A program made the position numbers and the translations under genes. DNA of 64,000 bases from positions 2,108,001-2,172,000 of the forward strand of contig OZ037833.1 of the NCBI GenBank assembly GCA_964035575.1, given 5' to 3'. The DNA comes from Rhynchopus sp. YZ270_cl-10 (lineage: Eukaryota). Positions within the stretch are counted from its first letter, which is position 1, and each line of letters opens with the position of its first letter. The notes under the pieces are model-generated. The model searched no databases, was not told the DNA's origin, and saw nothing but the letters and a program-made list of their open reading frames with translations. This document shows, in pieces, positions 1 through 11,878 of this stretch.

Positions 1-748
1 CGTCCACAGTTCTGTTGAACCGTGTGTCCTCATAGGCATCTGCCAGGTTGATGTGCACCCCCGTTGTCGCACAATGCCCTGCAAGCCCTGTACTTTTGTG
101 CACCCGGATCACTTCTTCTGATTTGATTTGCGTTACCAAGAAGTCATCTTCGAGAAGAAACAGAGAGCACCGATCTGCATTCAACAACTCCTGGCAAGAC
201 TCAATGATACACGGGAGGAGCACCTCAGAGTGCGTCACATTCGAGCACAGATCCAAACTGATGTGCAGCAATTTTTCAAGAAACTCCGGCCCAAGACGCT
301 CTGCCGCGCTGAGCGACGTTTTCTTCCTTGCGACATACGAAGACTGCCTACCGAATGATATTGAAGACTTATGTGCCGCACCATCATACGTCCCGGTTTG
401 CTTGAAAAAAGACCGAGTGGTCTTGAGGGTGTGAAGGTTGGAAGTCGGCAGCTCACCCCCTCTCAATGAACCCGACCTATCAAGATCCAGGTCTTCCTTC
501 GGAGGAGGTGCTACTGCAGGAGGAGGTGGATGTGGTGTCAGGCTCTTTCCGCATAGCTCGTTCGCTGGTGCCTTCTTGAGGAAGGGGTCAGGAGAGGGAG
601 ACGTCTCGCAAAGCGCAGAAAACATATCGCGAAGGTGTTCATAAGGGTTTTCAGGGAGTCGTGTGAGCACGTCAGAAACGGCCTCGTTGATGACCTCGTG
701 TAGCTTCCATTTTTCGATGTATTTGTCATATCTTGCTCCTTCGAACAT
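1..748 (-). CDS. GAF-domain protein (cyclic-nucleotide PDE/cyclase type) with N-terminal RIIa/Dpy-30-like docking helix; runs off the left edge
   Basis: Manual translation from ATG 748 is open to position 1: MFEGARYDKYIEKWKLHEVINEAVSDVLTRLPENPYEHL...CQELLNADRCSLFLL...GLAGHCATTGVHINLADAYEDTRFNRTVD. This is the typical PDE-type GAF signature. It is missing from the ORF track because there is no stop in the window. Confidence 0.88.
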   Translation of the reverse strand, partial: MFEGARYDKYIEKWKLHEVINEAVSDVLTRLPENPYEHLRDMFSALCETSPSPDPFLKKAPANELCGKSLTPHPPPPAVAPPPKEDLDLDRSGSLRGGELPTSNLHTLKTTRSFFKQTGTYDGAAHKSSISFGRQSSYVARKKTSLSAAERLGPEFLEKLLHISLDLCSNVTHSEVLLPCIIESCQELLNADRCSLFLLEDDFLVTQIKSEEVIRVHKSTGLAGHCATTGVHINLADAYEDTRFNRTVD

Positions 749-1674
749 CTGGTTACCTTTTTTGGTTAACCCCTAATATGGCCAGCTCAAATTGGGTGAT
801 TGTGTGTGGGATGAGGAGGAGAAGGGGAGGAGGAGGAGGTTTTATGCTGAAGGATAGGGGTTGAAGGTCGATGAGTGTACGCAGATACCAAAGTAAAGTT
901 GATAGTGCAAACGCCTCTGCGACGCAAAGCACTGACACTCCAAAACTTTCTCAAAAACCCCTACTAAAAAGGAAGGATTGTTGAATTTTTTTTCTGAGAA
1001 AGTACAAAAGAAACTCTTTTGAAAAACTACAGATACTAAAAGGGGGGCTTTACTGGAGTAAGGGGGGTAAGAGAAAAACAAAAAGAAAGAAGGGGAGGCT
1101 TTTTTTGTTTGCAAGAAGTTTTTACTTCTGACGCCAAAAAAGGAAAAAAAAAAAAAACGAAGGAACTGAAAAAAGTCAACAAAAAATAATATAATGGAGA
1201 ATGGGTTTGGCTGGTGTATGTCCCTTAACAATATACGTTGTTAGTTGGTTAACATTTTTTTTTTTTGAGGAATTTTGCGGACGTTTTTGCATAGGATAGA
1301 AAATGGTGAATTAGCCACGCAAAGAAACAAAAAAAGGGTGACAATTACCAATTAAACCAAAAGTTCCCAAACTCCGATATTTAAAAAAAAGAGGGAAAAA
1401 ACAATCAAATACAGCTGCTCTGGACAATGAGAGACAACTGACGTTTCATAACGCGAATAACGCTACTTTTATTTTGTGGGAAACGGGCGCCTATTTTTGG
1501 GTTAGATTAGTGGTGCAAACCATTTTTCCCTGCATCATTCTGGTAACTTTTTTTTTATGCGTTTTTTTTTTCGACAAAACAGGCAAAGGGCAACAAAAGG
1601 ACAACGTTTGCAAAAAAGCATCTCGACTGAGAATTTCTCATCTTATTTTTGCTTTGCTTTGTTATTCTGCCTAA

Positions 1675-1863
1675 TCAGGGCATGTTGTCCCACACGTACC
1701 TGTCACGTGGTCCGTAGGCGTTGGTGGTGTTCGTTGCTGTCGCGTGGGCGACGAATCCTCTGCGCTCCGTGCGAGTCGAGTTCTTCTGGTCCTTCGACCC
1801 CTTCTTCTCGTCCTTGTTCCGTCCGTGACGCACACCCTTCCTCGAGTTTCTGGATCCAGACAT
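1675..1863 (-). CDS. Possible small basic protein (62 aa)
   Basis: ATG-initiated ORF in a GC-richer island, co-oriented with neighbours and preceded by 'gctaacag' and a pyrimidine tract. No recognisable domain. Confidence 0.3.
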   Translation of the reverse strand: MSGSRNSRKGVRHGRNKDEKKGSKDQKNSTRTERRGFVAHATATNTTNAYGPRDRYVWDNMP

Positions 1864-2049
1864 AGTGAGAAAGAGAAAAAAAAAGGAAATAAACTGTTAG
1901 CAAAAAGACTCTGTATTGGGGTTGATTGTGGTTATTTTTTTTCCCTCGAAAATTTTCATCAAACATCCCCTGCATTCTTTTTGCAATACTAAAAATGGGC
2001 AAAAAAGTTTGTAAATGAAACCCCACTCCCGATCCCACTCCCCTCCCCT

Positions 2050-2841
2050 TTATACTGGCGGCTGATGGGGTGTAATGTAACCAAGCTTTGCAATCCCTGC
2101 AACAGATGGGGGTCGCTTTGCGAAGTATCGTCGCCTCTTCCTCCTCACGATTGCAAGCATTCGAGCACGGTGCACTTTGAACTCCTCCTCACGCCGTTCT
2201 GTATTTAACTCTAATCTACCTTGGTTCCATTCTGGCGTCATCCGACCCTGCGCAACACGGTTTCTTTGCACTATATCACACCGATGCCTCCGCATCTGCT
2301 TTATCGCCTTCACCCTTATCCTCAACCTCTCCCTCTCTTCCGTTTCTCTATGTAAATCCACTGTGTACGCCACCTTCTGCTCCAACAACGTTGTTCTCGG
2401 ACGAGGTATAATCTTAGCCGGTGGAGATACCGTTGCACATACCGGCGCAACAGGCCGTACACTATCCTCTTCCACCACACAACTCACCTCATTATCACGA
2501 ACCCTGTTATTATTCCCATGGCGTAGTCTCTGTAACATCCGTTCTAGACTCTCCACATCGTGAATAGATCCCTTCTTTGAAAAGCTTTGCGATTTATCTG
2601 AAGATTCGCATTTTGCATTACCTTCTGAGGATATACGAAAAGATTGGTACCGTTCAATATTCTGCCGTTCATTTTCGCTTCGGATCACCCGAGAATGTTG
2701 TCTCAAGCTGTCATATCGAAATGCGTCATTTGATGAAGGTGAAGGTGAAGATGAAGACAGCATAGGAGGATGAGGCGCGTAACACCCCAAAATCGCCTGG
2801 CAGTTTTGGCCCACTGAAAAGCGGCTACTCTGCTCAGACAT
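2050..2841 (-). CDS. Hypothetical protein (263 aa), basic coiled-coil-like C-terminus
   Basis: Long ORF free of homopolymers. A pyrimidine tract plus CAG acceptor (~2861) lies just upstream of the ATG. Confidence 0.65.
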   Translation of the reverse strand: MSEQSSRFSVGQNCQAILGCYAPHPPMLSSSSPSPSSNDAFRYDSLRQHSRVIRSENERQNIERYQSFRISSEGNAKCESSDKSQSFSKKGSIHDVESLERMLQRLRHGNNNRVRDNEVSCVVEEDSVRPVAPVCATVSPPAKIIPRPRTTLLEQKVAYTVDLHRETEERERLRIRVKAIKQMRRHRCDIVQRNRVAQGRMTPEWNQGRLELNTERREEEFKVHRARMLAIVRRKRRRYFAKRPPSVAGIAKLGYITPHQPPV

Positions 2842-4344
2842 AATGAGGTTCCTTCCAACTGAGGGGGGGAAAGAAGGTGAGATAGATAGAGGAGATGTTG
2901 TTTTAAAAAAAGGGTAGAGTTGAAATACAAAGCCCTCTCGTGAACAGTGTACTCTTGTTACGGAGGCTTAGGGGGGGGTGGTTGCATAAAATTTGGGTAG
3001 TCTTTTTAGTTTTCAGGTGTCTTTTTTTTTTTTTGGTTTTCTTTTTTAGAGTGGAGTTTTGTCTATCCAGGTTTAGAATCTCAAAAAAAAAATATACTTA
3101 AATTATTTAGAGGGGAAGGGGAGACGGGGGCAATGTATTTTTTTTGTTTTTGGAAAAAAAGGCATGGTGATTGAGTGTCGTATCTTTCCCCATGAGGTAG
3201 ACAGTCTTTCGCCTAAGTAGCAGCGCATCGTCAAGACTAAAAAGGGCTATATTTTATCTATTCTCTCTTTGCGCGAAATATTATCCCCCATATGAATGGG
3301 ACGGTCAAAAATAACGGCAATCATGACGTTGCTGTAGGTGGAAAAGTGTTCCCCCTCCTCGTTTTATGTTCTGTAACTGAACAAAGAAAAAAAGTGTGTT
3401 AGAGGTGTGGACACCCCCACAGCACACATCCTAAACGAGAGGGGGGGGAGAGGGTAATTCATGCAAGGTTCATATCCCCTCTAACTGACTGGGGGTCATG
3501 GTGAAAATATGAAAGACAGAAAATAGAAATTTCGCACAAAACACACACACGAACCAATGCATGGATCACACATCCTCGACTTGATGGTAGAATCGTGGCC
3601 TCCCGGAGTACGATTTGTCTCCCTGCAGAAGCGCGAAAGTTGCGTCTCTTTGTCTCAAAGTTTCGTGTTGCATTGAAGCACCCAAACGCGTGTTTATTTG
3701 CTGTTTCTAGTTCCCCTTTCATTGCATGAGGTTACAAATATAAACACAACCAAGCGCTTTTCCCGTACCCTTTCAACCCTTCAAAAGAAATACAACAATT
3801 GTTAAACCGAAACTTCACCTATATAAAAAGTGAAGCTGGATAGTGCAAACGCCTCTGGACACAGGCATTGTCTTTGACACTCCGCGGGGTTATCGAATTC
3901 CGTTGTGCTTTGCTGACAGAGAAACTGTAAGATAAACAAAAACAAAAACCTCCAAATAAAACAAACCAGACAGAACAAAGCGAACGAAGGGATCAATTTT
4001 TTTGTCTAGTTTTTCTCTAATGACACTTCATGTAAAGGTGGGGGAAGAAGGCCCAAAAAAAAAAATTAGGGGAGGGATTGTGTAGGAAAGACGAATAAAG
4101 GGGGAAGAAACTCATTTAACCGGAACTGTATTTTTTGTATGCTTTTTTTTGTTGGAAATTCGGGATCGTGTTAGTTAGCCTTTTGCAATTATTCACTTTC
4201 CCTTTTGTTTCAGGGGGTTTTCTTTTTCTTTTTGTTCGCATGGAGAGGAGATGGGAAACAAAAAAAAAACTGGACATCTTATTTTTTTTGTAGTGTGTTA
4301 TTGGCCTCCCTCCCCCGCTACCTCCCACCACCCTTCCCTGCACA

Positions 4345-6211
4345 CTATATTTTCACACTGTTTTCCCGACCCCAATTCCTCATAATCTTGATGATAGCAT
4401 CGACCTGGGTGTTCTGTGTGTTTCTCAACATATTGAACACATCTCTGAGCGCGTCTGTCGGTTCCTTTTGCGCGATTACCTATTCAAAGTTTTTTTTTTT
4501 TTTGAAAACTTGGTTGTATTAGTGTAGCCACCCTAGAGTGTGCTCCACTATTTTTTTTCTTCAAAAGCTGACAAAACTCTGATCCAAATCACCTTTCGTT
4601 TTTTGGTCTAATCTAATAGAAACAGAGGTACCATAATATTGTATTTCCCATTGCATTGCCTTTACATACCTGCTGGAAGACACCAATGCACGCTCCCCTC
4701 TTGCCATCCCAAAACTCTGGGTTCGGGTCAAGTCTTTCCAACACATCGAACGCCTTTGCTGAGTGGTAGAAGCACCCCACCCTGTAGCAGTCATTTGCGA
4801 TGAGAGTGAGGAGGTTGAAACTCTCATTTCTGGTGTCCATCTTGAGGTAGAGCTCCCAGGCACGTTTGGGTTGCTTCATGTGGATGTGGCAGCGTGCGAG
4901 CCACGCGAGGTAGCAGTACTCAGAACGGTACTTTTCGTTTTGGATAGCGGAGAGGGCCTGTTCAGCCTCTGACCATTGCCCGGTGTTTGCGAGGGCGAGA
5001 CCGTAGTTGTACAGGAAGGTGTCGTCCTGGAAGAAGTAGCTCTTAATTGAGTTCAGATAGATCAGCACATCCTCATACTGCTTAAGCAGGAAGAAGCAGG
5101 AGGACATACACTGCCTCCCCGGGATTGTATCGCACTCTGAATGCGAGGCGCCGACCAGTTGGAAGTACTGTTGTGCGGTTTTAATATGATCTCGGTTCCC
5201 GGTTTCCTGCCCGATGCATGCATTGACGACACCCTTGAGGACGTACTCTGGTGGGGTAAGCGGTTCGAGATCTTTGATAAGCTCATAGGCCTCTTTGATG
5301 TCGTCGTTTCTGAGATAGTAGATAACAAGGTTGAGACGTGCCTCGGGTACAATGTCCAGGAGACGAGGCAAGATCTGCAGTGCGTTCTCCCCATTGCGGA
5401 ACACCACAAGGTTGTGCTTGACCAGGTCATTCTCAACATTGTACGAAGCAGACTGCAAATCAATCAACACCTTCAACTCCGACTCCGCCGCCTTCCCGTT
5501 GTACAGCCTGTAATGATTGCACGCCTTCAAATTAATTGCTATTGCGGAGTCCTGGTGGACCTGCAAATAAACGTTCAGCACCTCAAGGGAAACATCGTAA
5601 AACTCTAGCTTATAATAACACAACGCAACGTAAACGTTGAGCGCAAGGTACTCTCTGTTGTCAAGCAGAATGCGCTTGTAGATGTCCGTCGCCTCTTGAA
5701 AGTGATTTCTGAAGTAGTGGATTGCGGCGAGGGAGAGCTGGTCTTCGAGGAGCTGTTCCTGGAGCTTTTGGTGGTAAATCATGAGTTTGTTGTCGTCGTT
5801 GTTTTTGTGCGCCACGTGGAAGAGAAGACGGTTTTGCAGGGTGTTAACTGGACCTTTGAGGGCTTCTGCCTCAGCCTCTTTGAACTGCCCCAAATAGAAA
5901 TGACAGCACGACGCGTAAATGTGTAGAATAGGATCCGCCGACTCATCGGTCAGCATCTCCGTGTAAACCTCAAGGGCCTTCAGATAGTCACCCAAATGAA
6001 ACCCACAGTACGCCAGCCACGCATTCACAGGATACCCCTCAATCGGCTGGTTCTGCTGTTTGTGGAACTCCAGCAGCGCGACCGCCCCTGTGAAGTCGCG
6101 GTTCGTAATGTAGTCATCAAGCTGCTTCGCGCGTGAGGTGTCCACCTTGGGCTTGCTCGTCGAGCTGGGTGTCGGCCCCTTTTGGCGCACCCTACCCGAT
6201 GCCATTAACAT
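4345..6211 (-). CDS. IFT56: Intraflagellar transport protein 56 (TTC26/DYF-13); exons 6211-4670 and 4479-4345
   Basis: TPR protein with TTC26 motifs ([45 protein letters not shown]). Removing the GTATGT...TAG intron 4669-4480 restores the conserved C-terminus [44 protein letters not shown]. Confidence 0.95.
4480..4669 (-). other. Cis-spliceosomal intron of IFT56 (190 nt)
   Basis: CAG|GTATGT donor and GAATAG|GTA acceptor, phase 0. Splicing restores the homologous C-terminus. Confidence 0.9.
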
Positions 6212-6372
6212 TGTTGCTTTTGTGTGGAAGACCCAAACCCCCTGTAAGAATCAATTATAATGGTGGCAACGTGTGTAGGGTGTGTAGCAAAAGGTATGTG
6301 GGGAGTATATTCTGCGTTATCGTAACGATGAAAATATGTTCGTTCCCCTGGTCCCCCGTCCAGTAGTTTTCT

Positions 6373-7479
6373 TTAGACCGGCGCGTTCCGCCAGAACTGG
6401 TGGTACTGGAACTGGCTTGGTCTATATGCTCGGTCGTGCGACAGGTCAGGCTCCCTCCACCGCATGAACGGCTCTCTGTGGCTGTTGTCGTACCATTTCA
6501 CGTCGGCCTGTTTATTATAAAAATGCAGGGAAAAAAAAAAACAACATTGCCATACCACCATCCTCGCTCTCAACCACTGCGAATCAATTACCTGCTGGTA
6601 ATCTCTCGTTGTCTTCGCGTATTTTCCTGTTGGGGCGTAGATATCCGCTGGTTTGTCCACCTTCCATGACCCATCATTGTCTCGCCGGACAAGCTCCTCC
6701 AAACTCTCCGGTGGGTATGGGGTGTACTTCGCTGAGAAGGGCCCCACCTGGCTGTTGTAGTCAGGTCGTGCCAATGGGAAGGCCTGCGTCTTGCTGTCTG
6801 CTACGTCCACCTCTTCTTTGAGATCACCAAAGTCCGAAAATGTTTCGTTAAAAAGCGCGTTCGTCCCTCCTCTGAAGTTGTACAGCGTTTCCGGGTTGTA
6901 ACCCCAACGTTCAAACTCTTTCAACGCCTTTTCACTGGAGACTCCGTCATGCGAGACACAGATAATGTCTAGACCTACCTCCGGCTTTCCAAAGCCGTAC
7001 ATGCTTTTGAATGCGGTGTCTTGCAGTTGGAGTGCATATGCAACTTCTTCCATGGGGATGCGTACACTGAAGGGGATGTGGTTTTTTATGTTCGAGAAGT
7101 CGGAACGGACGTCGATGACGAGGCTGGAGTCCTCTGGGAAGCGTGTGAGGCGTTCAACGTCTTCTTGGTAGACCTGTTGGAAGGCCTTTCCGCCGTGGCG
7201 GTACTGTTCGTAGTGGAAGCTGTCGGGGTTGTTGCGGTTCTCCTTTGCAGACGTCTCGTAGCGTCGCCAGTTGCGTGCAATTGAAGGGTTCAAGTCATCG
7301 TTAGGCAGCTTCTGTCTAAACCGCAACCGATACGTTTCAATATCTGACGCCTCAAACACACCGAAAGGCCTCCTTCCTACCCTCGCATTCCCCGGGTTAT
7401 ACTGGTTCAACACCTCAGCGGTGGGCCTCCCCTCTAAAGTACGCCTCGCTATATCCGAAAGGCATCGTGTGGATTTCAT
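6373..7479 (-). CDS. Rhodanese-like (TSTD1/Rdl/HSP67B2-type) domain protein, possibly mitochondrial; probable 48-nt intron 6555-6508
   Basis: Motifs VIDVR..HIPFSVRIP..ALQL...FKSMYGFGKP...NFRGG. The N-terminus is Arg/Ser-rich. The in-frame segment gtatggcaatg...(T)n...aaacag looks like an intron. Confidence 0.8.
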   Translation of the reverse strand: MKSTRCLSDIARRTLEGRPTAEVLNQYNPGNARVGRRPFGVFEASDIETYRLRFRQKLPNDDLNPSIARNWRRYETSAKENRNNPDSFHYEQYRHGGKAFQQVYQEDVERLTRFPEDSSLVIDVRSDFSNIKNHIPFSVRIPMEEVAYALQLQDTAFKSMYGFGKPEVGLDIICVSHDGVSSEKALKEFERWGYNPETLYNFRGGTNALFNETFSDFGDLKEEVDVADSKTQAFPLARPDYNSQVGPFSAKYTPYPPESLEELVRRDNDGSWKVDKPADIYAPTGKYAKTTRDYQQVIDSQWLRARMVVWQCCFFFSLHFYNKQADVKWYDNSHREPFMRWREPDLSHDRAYRPSQFQYHQFWRNAPV

Positions 7480-7810
7480 GTTTTTTTCTGCAGAGAAATT
7501 GATAAAAAGAGAATTTTCAAGATTCTGATAGATCCCTAGATCCCCCTAGACGTGGCAACGCTACTTCAGTAGTGACTTTTAAAAGAGAGGAACGAGAATT
7601 GATAGATGCGGTGTTCTCAAAGATAAGGGTGTTACCTCTCCCAAAGCTGTCCCGTAAGTAGTTGTTGATTGAAGGATTGTGAGGAAGGCCAAAGAGAAGG
7701 GGCTTTGTTTTGACTAGAGAAAGAAGGACTGACCTGACTGGGAGAGAGAGGGGGAAAGGGAAAGATGAACCTAATCCTCAAGGGATTAGTCATTTGAAAA
7801 GAGATTGCGA

Positions 7811-8359
7811 CAGGGAAATAGCTCCATATACCGAATTATGCGACATCGCATAATTCTGGATTTTTGGGGAAAAAAAAAAAAAAAGGGGGGAGGGATTTTT
7901 GGGCACTTTTGGGGGCCCCCTCGCCCGACCCCCAGATCTCCCAAATGACTGGAATGATGGAATCTTAAAATTTTCGCTCGCTGCGCTTGCAGAGGTACCG
8001 TACCCCTTATTTTTTTTTTTTGCCTGCGGCGCCATTTTCCTTTTTTGCTCCGCAAAAAGGGGTTTGTTGAGTGACTGTGTGGTTGTAAACCAGCATTTTT
8101 ACACCGTACCCTATTTTTTTTTCGCCTGCGGCGCCATTTATTTTTTTCCCATACGGTTAGTGGAACGTAAGGTGCAAGACCAAACTCCGTAATAAGGGAT
8201 TACATTCCGTTTTTTTTGTTATCTCGCAATTTGACCTTTCGCCTCTCCACTCAGGGAGGCTTGCGCGAAGCGCGCAACGACCGCTTTCGACCGGGCGAAA
8301 AAAAAAAATTTGTTTTCGCATAATTCCTGATTTTGGAGGAAAACCAAGCTATTTCCCTG
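7811..8359. mobile_element. hAT-like MITE family 1, copy a
   Basis: TIR CAGGGAAATAGCT and 8-bp TSD GATTGCGA. Near-identical inverted copy at 55819-56370. Confidence 0.92.
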
Positions 8360-9441
8360 GATTGCGATCAACAAAAAAAAAAAACTATTAAAAATTGATG
8401 ACAAAACAATATGTCAACGCTGTTCTCCTCTTGAAAAAGGAGGCAAAAAAAATTTTTGAAAGATGAGTGGTACATCTGGTTTAATGGGGGGATCCGCGGA
8501 TCTCTGATAACATTGCAATAATTTGGGGGGAAAGACGCGGGGTGGATAATGTTATTCTTTCGTCGAATCAACGCAGCCAAAAAATCATAATGGAATGGTG
8601 CAAATGAAGGGTTGGGTGTGATTAATTTTGGCAAAAAAGAAGTAAACAAAAGGAGAAAATGCACAGGTAGGGCGGTGAAAAGGGGGGGTACCGGATGGGG
8701 AGTAGTAGACCACAACTCACCACAAAAGAAGTGTTCACCTGAAACTAATCATTCAAAACACCTCTCATGACACCTTGGTACAATGACCGGTCCACCCCGA
8801 GCGGACCCACCCAACCATCCATTTCAATATTTTGCCCATTTTTTCTTTTTTGCCACATTTCATTGTAATAGAGGGTTATGTAGGAAGGTATAAAAGATGA
8901 ATATGTTTTGGTGAAGGCAAAAAAAAATATGAGAAAAATCTTGAAAAAACCTCACAAAAAAAAGAAGGGAAACGTTTATAAGATGATCCTAAGCGCAGTG
9001 TTTATTAGTCACCTTGGAAAGACACAAAAAAAACACAAAGAAATAAAGAAAAACACGCACAACATCAAAAAATACCGTGGTACCTGTGTAGTAATGCTGA
9101 GAATGTCAATAAATTGGACATATTCCTGACACATAAGGTCACTATACATCACGATACGGTAGATCCCTTGAGATTCAATGGACGCAAAAAATAACTGAAC
9201 AAAGAGAAATTTACATGCGAGGCAAAGGATGATTTCTCCACCTCAAAAAGAAATATGGAAAAAACAAAGAAAAATCTGAAGAATAGACCCTCCCTCAATT
9301 CCCCCAACACACAATAACGTTGATTCCTGAAACTTGAAAGGGTTTTTTCTCAAAGGTCCGGATATTATTTTATTTCGAATATTTTTTTCGGGCGTTTTCT
9401 TGTTGAGTTATTGCAAAGAAAGAGACCCTTGAACATGGTGG

Positions 9442-9568
9442 ACAGAAGATCTTACCTCAGATATGGGTGAAAAATCCCCTGTTTTTTATCTTAGATAAAA
9501 CATTTACTAAGATAAGACGATGGGTGTTTTTTGGAATAACCCAACCTCTGAGTTAAGATCTTCTGTAT
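9442..9568. repeat. Short palindromic MITE (CAGAAGATCTTA..CTCAGA); relatives ~12288-12400 and 45171-45219
   Basis: Inverted termini and a shared internal gataagacgatggg. Confidence 0.7.
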
Positions 9569-9926
9569 ATCAGGCTAGGGAAAATATTTTATGTTGACAT
9601 AGGCAAGAAGCAGTCGGTAATACAACTTCGAGAACCTTTGGGGGAAAATATTTCGCAAAAAAATTAAAAAAAAAAAATGAAGTTGTCCTACACATCCCTC
9701 ATTGCAGATGAACAGAGAAGAGAGCACTTTAATGTGCGTGCGCCCAGATCTCAGATCAAAAAAGAGAAAAAAAAAAGAACGTTGATTTGAAATACAAAGC
9801 CCTCTCGTGGCTGCGTACCATTTGTGCGTGACCAGTACACGGGGACCACGCCAGACAGCAGCCGCAGGGTATTGTGTTTGTAGCATCGACGGTCACCTAT
9901 CCGAGGACAAGGGAGAGTTTTTTTTT

Positions 9927-9969
9927 GTTGTATCGACAATCACCTACCGAGGTAGGATCTGTACACAAT
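9927..9969. promoter_or_regulatory. Family C hairpin (representative of ~8-12 copies)
   Basis: gttgtatcgacaatca-cctac-cgag-gtagg-atctgtacacaat. Confidence 0.5.
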
Positions 9970-10279
9970 TTTTTTCTTTTCTTTCCCACAGCAAACATAT
10001 GAAGCGAAACTGTACTAATACCAAATGGGTATCAACTGTGTACTGGATCATGTTAGAAAAAGGAATAAGATAAGATGATCCTAAGCCTCGTTGTGCTAAG
10101 TCATCTCAGAAAAAATTCATCAGTTTTTTTTTTTTTTTGAAAATCATCGCATACACCTAGGTTTAATGAGCAAACAGCTGAAAGGCAAACACCCTGCCGT
10201 GAGAATAAAAAAAGGGAATGAATAGATTCATTGTATTCTTTTTAAACCGAAAGGTGAGAAAAAAAATGCATTGTTTTTT

Positions 10280-10326
10280 GAAAACTTGGTTGTATTAGTG
10301 TAGACACCCGAAGATGAACTCCACTA
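10280..10326 (-). promoter_or_regulatory. Family B hairpin (representative of ~9 copies)
   Basis: Sense strand UAGUGGAGUU-CAUC-UUCG-GGUG-UCUACACUA-AUACAACCAAGUUUUC-An. Confidence 0.55.
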
Positions 10327-10667
10327 TATGTTTTTTTTTGCAAAACGTGTCACCCCTCTCTTAATCAGCTGATTTTGCTGAGGTTGACAAAATATGTCCA
10401 CATAAACAAATAAACGTTTTAAAGATGATCCTGAGCTCCACATCCTGGGCCTTATAATAATTGATGCAAACGAATTGAAGGGGTTTTGCTTAGGTGCGGT
10501 TATCTTTGCAAATGCGAATTCCTTCCATCAGACGAACTCAACAAGATGCAAAAATAATAAAAGATTACAAAGAAAACGTTGAAAAAAAAAAATGCAAAAC
10601 GCCTCACCGTACATGCGGACGCAGAGCACTGAAGATCAACAAATAACAAGCCTGTAGAGAAAAAAAG

Positions 10668-10705
10668 GTAGAGTTGAAATACAAAGCCCTCTCGTGACAG
10701 TGTAC
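10668..10705 (-). promoter_or_regulatory. Family D hairpin upstream of pyrimidine tract + CAG (representative of ~8 copies)
   Basis: Sense strand GUACA-CU-GUC-ACGAGAG-GGC-UU-UGUAU-UUCAACUCUAC, followed by C(U)nCUCUACAG. Confidence 0.55.
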
Positions 10706-10956
10706 CTTGGTACATGACCGGCTGTACCGGGGGGGTGGACACCCAACCATCGCGCAGTAGCGTACAGTAAACCCGTCCCTTCTTGCCGAAGAGACATGAA
10801 ATGGGGTCACAATTATCTTGAGATGATAATGTGTCACCATTTGGTATTGCAGGTTAAGACACATGGCATACATTTACATCTACTACTAGGAATGAGAGCG
10901 GGGAAAACCCCACTATTCAAGCCATATTAACTTAAAAGAGAAGCAAAAAAAATTAG

Positions 10957-11114
10957 TTATATACTCCAGGGAGAAATTGAAGCTTTTTTTCCCCGAGGGG
11001 GGTGCAACTCCCAAGGATGTGTATTTCCCGAGCCGAAGGCGAGGGAAATACGAATCCGAGGGAGTTGGCACCCCCCAAGGGGAAAAATCTTCAATTTCTC
11101 CCAGGAGTTTGTAA
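10957..11114. repeat. ~160-bp imperfect palindrome (foldback MITE)
   Basis: actccagggagaaattgaag...cttcaatttctcccaggagt folds around a central gccgaaggc. Confidence 0.85.
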
Positions 11115-11118
11115 TTTT

Positions 11119-11878
11119 TGGTGTGGCTGACGACCCCAAAATAGCAGAAAATAGCAGAAAATCGCAGAAAATAGCAGAAAATAGCACTTTGGGGGGTTTT
11201 TTTTGGGCTTGGTGGCTGGGTGGTGGTGTGGCTCATGATGGACGCAAACCCGGAAACCCCCTCCCACTCCACAAACGGATCATAAGGTACACAGTACACA
11301 GTACACAGTACACAGTACACAGTACACAGTACACAGTACACAGTACACAGTACACAGTACACAGTACACAGTACACAGTACACAGTACACAGTACACAGT
11401 ACACAGTACACAGTACACAGTACACAGTACACAGTACACAGTACACAGTACACAGTACACAGTACACAGTACACAGTACACAGTACACAGTACACAGTAC
11501 ACAGTACACAGTACACAGTACACAGTACACAGTACACAGTACACAGTACACAGTACACAGTACACAGTACACAGTACACAGTACACAGTACACAGTACAC
11601 AGTACACAGTACACAGTACACAGTACAGCACCTGGTCTATATCGGGACAAAATACATTTTTTTTTTGCTAAAATTGCTCTTATTTTTTACGCTGTTTTGC
11701 TCGAAAAAAACGTTGTCCTGCATCTTTGGTAGGTGTTTTGGGGACTGGCTGGGGTCAGGAGTCCCTCATTTTCCCTCCCTTTAGCAAAAGCCCAAACCAC
11801 GGCCAAAAAATAAAAAAAATCCAGACCCCCAAAATAGCAGAAAATAGCAGAAAATAGCACCCCCCTTCAGCCACACCA
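11119..11878. mobile_element. TIR element (TGGTGTGGCTGA) with AAATAGCAGA subterminal repeats and an internal (GTACACA)n array
   Basis: TIR pair. Miniature relatives occur at 35474-35526 and 58690-58788. Confidence 0.75.
11287..11627. repeat. (GTACACA)n, ~48 units
   Basis: Perfect heptamer tandem array. Confidence 0.98.

Noticed and set aside
8980..9015. Integron attC or bacterial REP identity for the hairpins
   Set aside because: There are no RYYYAAC/GTTRRRY boxes, cassette ORFs, integrase or RAYT, and the context is eukaryotic and intron-containing.
10913..11671. ORFs of (YCVLCTV)n / (TVHSTQY)n, also at 21257-21916
   Set aside because: These are translations of the heptamer satellite, open in all frames, not proteins.
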